64,000 nucleotides of DNA, from positions 61,102 to 125,101 of IMG/VR virus record IMGVR_UViG_3300005563_000030, one strand, 5' to 3'. The position numbers were made by a program, and so were the translations under genes. How positions within the stretch are numbered: the stretch's first letter is position 1; each line of letters starts with the position of its first letter. The notes under the pieces are model-generated. The model was not told the origin of the DNA, ran no database searches, and saw only the letters and a program-made list of their open reading frames with translations. Below are positions 47,666 through 57,468 of this stretch, one piece after another. The stretch is from a virus.

Positions 47666-48256
47666 ATGTCAGAAAACACAGTTATTAATTTCGGCCAAGT
47701 GCCAACCGCAACATCTAGCTCTTATTTGGAACCCGGTATGTATCGTTTGAAAGTCGATCCCGCTGGTACCAAGGTAGTAAAGAACCCAGGTAAGACAACT
47801 TACTTGGCAGTTAAATTCGTAGCCGACAACGGTGGTAATTTAACTGAAAAGTTCTTCATCACTGCCAAATCTCTGCCTCGTCTTCAGTATTTGCATGAAG
47901 CATGGTTCAATAAAAAATTGGACAAGCAGTTTGCAACTTATGATGATGTAGCAGATTACTTTCAGAAAGCTCTTACAATTAAACCTGAGGTATCTCGTCC
48001 AATGATTACTGGTGGTAAAGTCACAGCAGATGGTAAATTCTATGCTGGTCTTCCCTACACTGGTTTCGTAGTGGCAGATGAAGGTCAGTTTGAAGAAGGT
48101 CCGTTTGATCCGACAAGCGCTCGTTATAAAAACGTTGTTACACTGGAGAAGCCAAATCCTGCTGTAGCAAACACTAATGCAGCTCTTTTACCCGGAACTG
48201 ATGATAGTCCAAACACTGGCTATCGTCCATTAAACGATAACGAGAATCCTTGGTAA
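47666..48256 (+). CDS. Putative single-stranded DNA-binding protein
   Basis: Follows Sak4-like gene; LEPGMY start, acidic tail ending PW. Confidence 0.5.
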   Translation: MSENTVINFGQVPTATSSSYLEPGMYRLKVDPAGTKVVKNPGKTTYLAVKFVADNGGNLTEKFFITAKSLPRLQYLHEAWFNKKLDKQFATYDDVADYFQKALTIKPEVSRPMITGGKVTADGKFYAGLPYTGFVVADEGQFEEGPFDPTSARYKNVVTLEKPNPAVANTNAALLPGTDDSPNTGYRPLNDNENPW

Positions 48257-48284
48257 TTCTAGTTTTATTTTAGTTTTTAGGTAC

Positions 48285-48314
48285 AGCCTCTGGTTTCTAC
48301 TAGAGGCTTTTTTT
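48285..48314 (+). terminator. Intrinsic terminator
   Basis: AGCCTCTGG-TTTCTA-CTAGAGGCT-TTTTTT. Confidence 0.75.
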
Positions 48315-49330
48315 AACTCTATTTTTGTTTTATGAAAAGTAAACTAACGGATCGAGGATTAAAGAATTATATTCTTGATATAGCTCTTCCTGAACTTTTC
48401 ACTTTGGATGATATAATCGAAAAAATGCGAAAGCATCAACATAATTATATCTATTCTTATAAGTATAGGTTAAGAACTGTCCTCACAGAAATGGTACAGA
48501 AAAAGCTTCTCACTGAGGAAATAGGTTCAACAAAGAAAGTCGATGGAAGTATTACAGACATCTATTATAAAAAAGTATGGAAAGATGACAACAATTAAAT
48601 CTTTTGTCGAAAGACTAGCCAAGATAGGAATAGAAGTAGAATTGAGTGCGAACTATCCTTGGATATACCTAGAAAAAGTAAATGGACACAATATTCATGA
48701 AAGATTCTACAGTAATTATGGATTCACTGTCTTTTTCTCTCCAGTAAGAGTAGGACAGGTAGAAAGAATAACAGATATTTCAAAAGTATTTAACAAAATT
48801 AGGGAAGTTATTACATTTGATGGGGAACTTCCAGAACTCCTAGAAGACGATTACGAATGATAACAGCAGAACAAATAGTTAGGAAATGGTCTTTAGATGA
48901 CGGCGACATCTTGAAAGAAGGTGCAGAGGCCGCAGCAAGAGAGTACGCAAGAATCAAAGTAAAAGAAGTAGTAAGAGCTATGACAAAAGCTCAGTTAGGA
49001 GAGCATATAAATGATGATCTTGCTTACTTAGAAGAATTTGTAAATTATGTATTAGATAAAGATTATCCATTAGATGAAAACATTGTCTGATAACGAAGCA
49101 TTTGTAGCACCAGCTAAACGATGGGCTGAACTTCACCTTGAAGTTGCAGCTTACGTAGATAAAAAACCATTATATATGGCTTCTACTGAGCAGATAGAAT
49201 TTGTGTTAAAGAAGTTTGCTCAAGCGCATGTACAAAAAGCGCTTAAAGAAGCTTCAGTATATGGCTGCCTAAGAGAAGACACTTTTGGACCAGAAGACAT
49301 CTTAAATTGTTATCCACTAGAAGATATTAA

Positions 49331-50344
49331 ATGATCGACTTTGGCTCAGTCATACCAACACACGACATTACCACTGAATTCATCTTATCTAAACTAGATG
49401 AAAGTCATATATTTTCATATTACTTCGGGTATTTTGAGCTTAACAAATTATATCCTTCTAAATTAAGAGCTGATAAACATCCCTCTACCTCTTTCTTCAT
49501 CAGTACCAAAACTGGTTCTATTCTATATAAGGACTTTGCAAACAATAAAGTATACAACTGCTTTAATTTCGTTGCAGCACTATTTAATACTTCCTTTATA
49601 GAAGCTATGAATATTATTGCTAGAGACTTTGGTCTAAGCAATATTAATACAGCAAAACCAGAAGCTATTGATGTCCTCAAGAATGTCGATTTCGACAAAC
49701 AAATTAAAGCTCAAACAATTATTCAAGTAATTCCCAGTGTGTGGGAATCGCATCACATTCAATATTGGAAAGAATATCACCTAGACATTCAGAAACTCAA
49801 AGCTAACAACGTCTATCCTGTCAAGAAGTTATTTGTGAATAAGAGAGAGTTTGTAATAGATCCTCTCTGTTTTGCATATCTTGTAAGAAGCGATGATGAT
49901 GGCTATCATGAGTATCTGAAAATATATCAACCGTTAAGAACAACAACCACTGGAAAGTGGATAAACAATGTTCCCATTACGGTGCCATTCGGCTTATATG
50001 AACTTAAACCTAGCAACCACATTGTTGTAGGTAAAGCTAAGAAAGACGAAATGGTATTACAACATTTTTTCACATCTACAATTGGAACTCAAAATGAGAG
50101 TGAGGCTGCTCTATCTGATGTATTGGTTTCTCGATTTCATAACGAATTTCCTCGACGAACGATCATCTGGGATGCCGATAGTGCAGGAGTTGAGAGCTGT
50201 AAAAAATTCAATGATCGTGGTTTTGGCTACTTTAACACTCCTGCTTATCTGGTTGATAGAGGAATAAAAGATGTGTCCGATTACGTAAAAGCATTCGGGA
50301 TGAAAGCTCTCGAAAGATTACTAAAATCAAAAGGTATAATATGA
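49331..50344 (+). CDS. DNA primase (DnaG/TOPRIM)
   Basis: SKLRADKHPS, KDF, KKD, WDADSAG, KDVSD motifs. Confidence 0.82.
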   Translation: MIDFGSVIPTHDITTEFILSKLDESHIFSYYFGYFELNKLYPSKLRADKHPSTSFFISTKTGSILYKDFANNKVYNCFNFVAALFNTSFIEAMNIIARDFGLSNINTAKPEAIDVLKNVDFDKQIKAQTIIQVIPSVWESHHIQYWKEYHLDIQKLKANNVYPVKKLFVNKREFVIDPLCFAYLVRSDDDGYHEYLKIYQPLRTTTTGKWINNVPITVPFGLYELKPSNHIVVGKAKKDEMVLQHFFTSTIGTQNESEAALSDVLVSRFHNEFPRRTIIWDADSAGVESCKKFNDRGFGYFNTPAYLVDRGIKDVSDYVKAFGMKALERLLKSKGII

Positions 50345-50585
50345 GTGAAAGACAATCAACTGAAGGTAAGCCAATGTTTGTAGAATCTCTCATGACAAAA
50401 GATGAGTGGAATAGAAATATGAAAGCTTATCCTCAGACATGTACCAGAAAATGGGACGATACTAATCTCCACAAAACAAATGATGTTAAATGGAGATTTG
50501 GTATGGGATCTACTCTCTCTGGTGCTGAAATAGGTAATATAAACAAGAATCTTGATTATTTACTCAAAAAAGTTAAAGAAAAAGC

Positions 50586-50825
50586 ATGAAAAAACTAATT
50601 CTCATTTTTTTACTAGCTCTTGCCTTTTCTTGCAAGCGACCATACCCAAGCGATCCTATTAAACCAACAGGAACTATTGTTGCTATATCAAAAATAGAAA
50701 GCAGTGTCTATATTCTTGTTGAGTTCAGGGGAGAAACACTTCGTGAAGGTGGAGATCCTGTCTATCAACTTTGGGTGCTTGGTTCAGACACTTGTAAAGT
50801 AGGCCAAGTAGTGAATCTAAAATAA
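50586..50825 (+). CDS. Small lipoprotein
   Basis: MKKLILIFLLALAFSC lipobox. Confidence 0.6.
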   Translation: MKKLILIFLLALAFSCKRPYPSDPIKPTGTIVAISKIESSVYILVEFRGETLREGGDPVYQLWVLGSDTCKVGQVVNLK

Positions 50826-51019
50826 GCTCATATGGAAGGAAAAACTATATCTGAAGTAATTAGTGGAATAGTACGATTTTCAGGTAAATCTTTAATCCTA
50901 AGAATGACTGATAATACCATGTATATTTTAGAATCTTATGTACCAAGTCATAGTGATCTTGGAGGATTAGAAATACGTGAAATAAAAGAAATTCCCAAGA
51001 GCTTCAAAAAGATTTAACT

Positions 51020-51817
51020 ATGCTACGAAACAAACAGGAAGAAAAACAAAAGGCTCTCAGAAGATTACGCATAAGACAGGACGAATTGGACTGGAAGGGT
51101 GTGGAATATGTTCCTGTTGAAAAACCATTCTTTATGGGATGGGATGTTTATGTTGATCTATCTGAGAGTGGTAAGAGAAGGAGAGACGCTCCTGACCTTA
51201 TGCAAGTACTTCACTTAATAGAAGCTACTAAGAAGAGATTTACAAAGTGTGTGAAGTATATTCGTTACTTACGCAAGAATGGGTATTCTTATGAAGTAAC
51301 TGAAAATAGTGTTTTTGATTACAGAACATGGACTGCTCACAAACAACATGAATATCTTCCATACTATCATCAAACCTTAAGAACATTATACATCACTGAG
51401 AGTGAATTTGAGCATGTCAAAGGACCAATCAGAAAGTACTTCTACCGAACCAATAGATATTGGTGGCGTACATATGATGACAAAGTATACAAAGTAGATG
51501 AAAGTGTATTTCCTACATACGAACTTGTATACAAAGTAGAAAAAGCCTATGCTAATGCAAGAGGTATTCCAAAAGGAGAAGAGTGGGGTGAATATGAACG
51601 CATTCGAGATATTCTTTATAATAGTAACTATTATTCTAGTAGACATGGATATAATAGAGGCTATGAAGGATATTCTGCTTATCTATCTAATATACGAATT
51701 CGTAAGCGTTGGAAACAGCTTTTGACAAAGCTCAAACAAACTGACTTCTCTTATGAAGCAGAAGAATATGAATCTCGGTATTTAAAAGACAAGAAATTCA
51801 AAATGGATTTCTCATAA
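51020..51817 (+). CDS. Hypothetical basic/aromatic protein
   Basis: 265 aa ORF. Confidence 0.65.
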   Translation: MLRNKQEEKQKALRRLRIRQDELDWKGVEYVPVEKPFFMGWDVYVDLSESGKRRRDAPDLMQVLHLIEATKKRFTKCVKYIRYLRKNGYSYEVTENSVFDYRTWTAHKQHEYLPYYHQTLRTLYITESEFEHVKGPIRKYFYRTNRYWWRTYDDKVYKVDESVFPTYELVYKVEKAYANARGIPKGEEWGEYERIRDILYNSNYYSSRHGYNRGYEGYSAYLSNIRIRKRWKQLLTKLKQTDFSYEAEEYESRYLKDKKFKMDFS

Positions 51818-52286
51818 AAATTCAATTATGAAATTTGCTGACCAATTAAGAAACTCTGTAAAAGCATATCATGAGGGCATAGATGAAGATGCAATAGCTT
51901 CTATTAAAGAAAACTGCGCAGAATCAGCTAAGAAAGGAGAAAGTTATGACTACACTAAACTCCCGCTGACTGAAGCTACGATAAAAACTCTTGAAACTAG
52001 AGAAGGCTTAAAAGTAACGAAGGTTACAACAAGTTACTTCTCTTATAGAATAGAATGGTAATAAATCAAATCAAATATGGCATCTGAAAAAGCTAAGTTA
52101 AAGAAAGCGTACATTAAAGGATTAATCGCCGCTGGCGACAAGCGTAGCTACAATGAAATTCAGGCTGATCTTGAATTAATGTTGTGGAAAGAACGTTGGG
52201 AGAGTATTTTTAGTGCTGAACCAGTAATCGCACCTGAAAATCCCGCTGCTCTGGAAGCTGAAGTTGTTGAAGAACCAAAATAACCT

Positions 52287-52997
52287 ATGATCGAGAAACT
52301 TAAATCGTGCTTTGAAGAAGGATGGTGGCAGAAATTGTCACCATTTTTTGTTAATGGAGGTTTTGACAATATAGCTCGGACCCTTAATGCTCAGAAGAAT
52401 ACTGGGCTTGAAGTAACTCCCGGATTTGATAAAGTTTTTAGAGCATTCAAAGAATGTCCTTATGACAAACTCAAAGTGGTAATGATGGGACAAGACCCAT
52501 ATTATCAAAAAGGAGTGGCTGATGGTCTTGCGTTCAGTGCTAAGAACCACGTGTTTGATCCACCTGCTTCTTTTAAGCTTATGTCTAATGCTATCGAACG
52601 AGAAGTTTACGATGGCTTTGCGATAGGCTATAACGAAGAATATGCGTATGCTGATCTTACTCGATGGGCTAATCAAGGAGTGTTGTTAATAAATTGTGCT
52701 CTCACTACAATAGTAGGAAAGACACAACAACACATGGATTTATGGGCTCCTTTCATGCGTCATTTGTTTAATACCCTCAGAAACGACAATACAGGCATTA
52801 TTTACATTCTCTTAGGAAAGGACGCTAAACAATGGAAAGTGTTAATTAACCCTGTCCGTAACCACCTCTTTACAGTAACCCATCCTGCTTCTGTAGCTTA
52901 TACAGGAAGGAATGTATGGGATTCTGAAGGAGTTTTTTTAAACACAAATAAGCTTTTGGAACAAATGAATGGTCCTGAAGCAAAAATTCTTTGGTAA
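52287..52997 (+). CDS. ung: Uracil-DNA glycosylase family 1
   Basis: VVMMGQDPY, ADGLAFS, WANQGVLLIN, HPAS. Confidence 0.92.
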   Translation: MIEKLKSCFEEGWWQKLSPFFVNGGFDNIARTLNAQKNTGLEVTPGFDKVFRAFKECPYDKLKVVMMGQDPYYQKGVADGLAFSAKNHVFDPPASFKLMSNAIEREVYDGFAIGYNEEYAYADLTRWANQGVLLINCALTTIVGKTQQHMDLWAPFMRHLFNTLRNDNTGIIYILLGKDAKQWKVLINPVRNHLFTVTHPASVAYTGRNVWDSEGVFLNTNKLLEQMNGPEAKILW

Positions 52998-53629
52998 TGA
53001 AAAGGAAAATTTATGTTGTAGGTGGCTCTAATGAGTATGCCAACTGGATGCAAGGTGAAATCGTCCATAATATGGAAGATGCTGATCTTGTATTATTTAC
53101 TGGTGGAGAAGATGTAACACCTTTATTATATGGTGACCCTAAGCATCCTTTCACAGGTAACAACTATGACCGCGATCTACGCGAAACAGAAAAGTTTAAG
53201 AAAGCCCAAGAACTAGGTAAACACGTTATTGGTATCTGCCGTGGTAGTCAGTTTACCTGTGCTATGAGTGGTGGTCGATTAGTTCAACATCAGGAAAACC
53301 CACATCTCTATCATCAAATTCGTACATCTGACGGTAAGCAGATAACCATTAGCTCAACTCACCACCAAGCAATGTTCCCTTATGACATGAACAAGGAAGA
53401 TTATAAAATCCTTGCATGGACAAAGGATATGCTACGCTATCATCAGGATGGAAATGGTCAGGAAATGATTAACAACCGTGATCTTGGTGAAGTAGAAATC
53501 TGCTATTTCCCTAAGACCAAAGTGTTAGGTATTCAGGGTCATCCTGAGTTCATGGACAAAAAACGTTATCCTGATACCTTTGATTATTTGACAAACCTGT
53601 TAGATAATCATATGGAAGACAAGCTTTAA
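52997..53629 (+). CDS. Class I glutamine amidotransferase (peptidase C26/PuuD-like)
   Basis: FTGGEDV, GICRGSQ, STHHQ, GIQGHPE. Confidence 0.9.
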   Translation: MKRKIYVVGGSNEYANWMQGEIVHNMEDADLVLFTGGEDVTPLLYGDPKHPFTGNNYDRDLRETEKFKKAQELGKHVIGICRGSQFTCAMSGGRLVQHQENPHLYHQIRTSDGKQITISSTHHQAMFPYDMNKEDYKILAWTKDMLRYHQDGNGQEMINNRDLGEVEICYFPKTKVLGIQGHPEFMDKKRYPDTFDYLTNLLDNHMEDKL

Positions 53630-54526
53630 AAACCATTATTATGCTTGAAAGAATAATAAGAATCCTTGTTGTGATATTCGCAACATGGGGATTCATGGGT
53701 TTTTTAAATCTTGGTCTTGAAGGTCAATATTTCTACAGCATCACATTACCTACTGGTGGATTTATTGGCTGTTGTATTCTCTTTAGTGTTATAATTGCTA
53801 ATGACGCTAGGAAAAATGAAGAAAAAAAGTCTGTGGATTATCCACAAGTTCCTAAAGGTGAAGACCAAATTGGGGGAAGAGATAATAACCCATCAAACTA
53901 AAAGTACATCTGATATTGGCTTTTACTGGAGAGGGGTTATATCTGAAGATGTTATTAAAGAAATCTTAAGTAACAAACAATTCCAAAAATGGAAGCGTGG
54001 TGAACAAACAGAATTCATCAAACATTTTTCTATTCAGGAAAGGAAAGATATTTTAAAACATAATAATAAAAAGAAAAATGGCTAATTTAAAACAATACCG
54101 CCATAAAAGATCAGCAATAATTGCTGTATACGACTCTCGTAATTTCTATCAGCATTCAACAAATCCTGATATGAAGATTCCTGTTGTAGTAGTAGAAGGT
54201 TCTACTGAATGGGAAGAGATTGTGCCACCAAAACCTGTTATTGACTTTTATGGTACTGAACTTGATGCTAAATTATTGCATTATAAAGTTCTATTACTTA
54301 AAGACAATACTACTATGGTATCTAACGGTTTAGGTAATGGGCCTGAAGAATCTAAAGTTCTTACAGCTTTTAAAGATTACGATGAAGCCTGCGAGTTTCA
54401 AAGAATATACGTATTCTTGAAGAAGCAGAAAGAGCTTCTAACTACTGCTGGTGGTAACGCATCACAATACCTGAAAAACCTACTGAAAACTCTGTAATTA
54501 ATTTAAAACTATCTTAATTTTTAGAT

Positions 54527-54922
54527 ATGGAAAAACAATTTGAAGGCAAATTATACGCCGTGTATGGAACTCTTCGTAAAGGTCTTGGTAATTACAAACG
54601 TTATCTTGATAACGATGATTGTAAATACTTAGGTACTCAGAAATTGAGAATACCTTATAAAATGGTAAGCTTGGGTGGATTCCCCGGTCTTGTCTGGACA
54701 AATCCCTATCACTCACAAATCACCATTGAAGTATTCAATGTTACTAGTCCTGATATTGAGAAGCAACTCGATATGCTCGAAGGTTATCCAGACTTCTATG
54801 AGAAAACCACAATTAATACCCAGTGGGGTGAAGCAACTATTTACTACCTTCACTCTGAGCGGTATGCAAATTATCCTGTTGTCGAAAGTGGCGATTGGGT
54901 AAACCGAGTAAAACAAGTTTAA
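54527..54922 (+). CDS. Gamma-glutamylcyclotransferase (GGCT/YtfP-like)
   Basis: AVYGTLRKG, FPGL, LDMLEGYP. Confidence 0.88.
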   Translation: MEKQFEGKLYAVYGTLRKGLGNYKRYLDNDDCKYLGTQKLRIPYKMVSLGGFPGLVWTNPYHSQITIEVFNVTSPDIEKQLDMLEGYPDFYEKTTINTQWGEATIYYLHSERYANYPVVESGDWVNRVKQV

Positions 54923-54932
54923 ATAACAAACA

Positions 54933-55742
54933 ATGAAAAAGAAGTTAATTTCAAAACCGACTATTGGCGCAGATATTGAAGTGTTCTTAAAAAACAAAAG
55001 AACTAATAAGGTAGTATCTGCTGAAGGAATCATCAAAGGTAGCAAACACGACCCATTTAAGTTCATGGACGGTAATCCATATTTTGCTACATCTCTTGAT
55101 AATGTAATGGCTGAATTCTGCATTGAGCCAGCCACTACTAAGAAGAAATTCCGTGCCGGTATTGAGGTTGCTTTGAATTACATTACAGACAGCATTCCAA
55201 AAGAACTAAGCATCTATGCTTTCCCTTCTGCTAAGATTGATGGAAAGTACCTGCAAACTGCAAATGCTCAATTGTTTGGATGTGATCCGGATTATAATGC
55301 ATGGCTGGACGGTGTTATGAATGCTGCTCCTGCTGCTAACGGATCTGTAATTCGTAGTTGTGGTGGTCATATCCACGTAGGATATAACAAACCTGATGAA
55401 GAAATAAGCATGAAATTAATTAAAGCCATGGACATCTTCATTGGTCTGCCTTCTGTTCTACAAGAACCAGATAATGACCGCAAAAAGCTTTATGGTAAAG
55501 CTGGTGCATTTCGTTTCAAAAACTATGGCGTAGAATATCGCACTGTTTCCAATTATTATGTAAATTCTGCGGAACTCAGCCACTGGGCCTTTGATAATAC
55601 ATTAGCCGCTATCAACTTTGTTAATGACCAAAATCAGATAAGCAAAGATGAAGCTAATGGTATTCAAATGGCTATTAACACCGCTGACAAGAAGTTAGCG
55701 AAAACAATGTGTAAATACTTCGGCGTTCAATTAGCCGCATAA
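54933..55742 (+). CDS. phiEco32-like COOH-NH2 ligase type 2
   Basis: IGADIEVF, DNVMAEF, FGCDPD, RSCGGHIHVG, RKKLYGKAG, GVEYRT. Confidence 0.88.
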   Translation: MKKKLISKPTIGADIEVFLKNKRTNKVVSAEGIIKGSKHDPFKFMDGNPYFATSLDNVMAEFCIEPATTKKKFRAGIEVALNYITDSIPKELSIYAFPSAKIDGKYLQTANAQLFGCDPDYNAWLDGVMNAAPAANGSVIRSCGGHIHVGYNKPDEEISMKLIKAMDIFIGLPSVLQEPDNDRKKLYGKAGAFRFKNYGVEYRTVSNYYVNSAELSHWAFDNTLAAINFVNDQNQISKDEANGIQMAINTADKKLAKTMCKYFGVQLAA

Positions 55743-56117
55743 CCTAATTTTCAACCTATTAACTAGATTTTATGTCAGTATCATCAACAAAAAAGAAGAA
55801 AGCCAAGATAATGAAGTTCCCAACTGATTGTTGCGCCTTGTGTCAGCTTTCTATCCAGAACTCTCACACCAAAGAAGAAATTAAACAAGCCTTAAAAATC
55901 CTACGCGATCAGTCTACTATGCAGGACTGGTGGGGAACAGGTAAACAGTATGGTCAGAAAGCTATATTCGTTATTACTACTCCCAATGAAGCAGAACTGG
56001 CTGATAACCTGAAAGCTGTAGGTTTCCGTCCTACTTTCAACTTTGAAAGACGCAAAGGTTATCCTGGCGGTCAGTTAACAATGTGGTGCATTAATCTGTA
56101 AAATTCAACTAACAACA

Positions 56118-57083
56118 ATGGGTATTACAATTCTGGTAGGAAAAGATGGTCGTCCATCAATGAAGAAAGTATTCGCTTTTATGAAAGGCAACGATAACAA
56201 GCTTGTCATAAGACGTAAGATTCTTAAAAGCGGTAAACAATGGTTACGCAGCTACGAGGGAAATAATTCTGATAAATTTGTAAAACGTCCAATCAATGAG
56301 TTATCTTTGGCAGATAAAAAGGTTATACGGTGGGGAAACCGAATTGAGGCTGAAACAAATAAGGGTACGATCGTCTACAATAAGTCTGAAGCTATTGAAC
56401 GAGCTACCAACAAAAAACTCTCTCGTGAAATCTTCGCCAAAGAAAAAGTCAGAACTCCAAAAGCTGTAACACCAGAAAACATTACAGATGCAGACTACCC
56501 AGTTATCGCTCGCCCTAGCACGCATGCAAAGGGCAAGAACTTTATCATCCTTAAAACCAAAGAAGAATTTCAACAGCATTACGCGGCGAATGAGAAGAAT
56601 GGATGGTATTATTCTGCTTTTGTCAACAAGACAAGAGAGTTCCGAGTGCATTGTGCTCACGGGAAAATACTTGGCGTCATGGAAAAGGCTAAAGGAAAAG
56701 ATAAAATCGCTTGGAACCGAGCCGTTACTGGAGAACCTTTTATCCGAGTGGAACAGGAAAAATATCCATTCTCTGTCTGCTTCCAAGCACTCAAAGCTGT
56801 TAAAGCAATTGGCCTCGATTTTAGCGGAGTGGACGTAATGGAGATCATCGAGAATGGTAAGCCTCAGGGTTATGTTCTCGAAGTTAACACCAGTCCAACC
56901 CTTAATAGTTCTGAGTATATCTCTGAACAATATGCAAAGTATTTTGATTGGCTTGGTCGTTCTGATAAGAGACGCGATCATTGGGACTTTACGAAGTTCG
57001 AGAAAGCTGAATCTTTTGCATGGAAACAGTTCCAACTATTAGAAATACAAAATCCCGGTAAAAATGTGCCTAACCAAGGTTAA
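56118..57083 (+). CDS. ATP-grasp peptide ligase (RimK-like)
   Basis: IRWG, NK, PVIARP, EFRVH, GLDFSGVDV, LEVNTSP. Confidence 0.85.
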   Translation: MGITILVGKDGRPSMKKVFAFMKGNDNKLVIRRKILKSGKQWLRSYEGNNSDKFVKRPINELSLADKKVIRWGNRIEAETNKGTIVYNKSEAIERATNKKLSREIFAKEKVRTPKAVTPENITDADYPVIARPSTHAKGKNFIILKTKEEFQQHYAANEKNGWYYSAFVNKTREFRVHCAHGKILGVMEKAKGKDKIAWNRAVTGEPFIRVEQEKYPFSVCFQALKAVKAIGLDFSGVDVMEIIENGKPQGYVLEVNTSPTLNSSEYISEQYAKYFDWLGRSDKRRDHWDFTKFEKAESFAWKQFQLLEIQNPGKNVPNQG

Positions 57084-57468
57084 TGCCAAGGTTGCAGATA
57101 GAAGTATTTACGTGCTCAAGAGCTCCTATGGTGGAGCTTTTGGGCGCGTATTCATAAGTTCTCTGCAAGCCTTCTGTTATCTAAATGGTAACACTTATAA
57201 GAAGAAGTGGTATGATAAATTCGTTGCTTATTTCAGAAAAAATTTGGAGTGGCAAGTGTTTCATGCCCATGATATAGAAACATCAAAGAGTTATGTCAAA
57301 CAATTTAGTCAGCTTAGTTCAGAAGTTCAATTTGGTATTTTCGTAATACCGCAAGGTACAAAATATTACGAAGGTAATAACGATGACCTTGGCTCTTTTG
57401 CTATAAGGTATTACGGTCCGTTACACCTTGGAAACAAACATTTAATTTTAAATCAATAATTGTCAATT

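Noticed and set aside
56301-57035. 244-aa antisense ORF
   Set aside because: Lies opposite the ATP-grasp gene with no recognisable motifs; codon-bias shadow.
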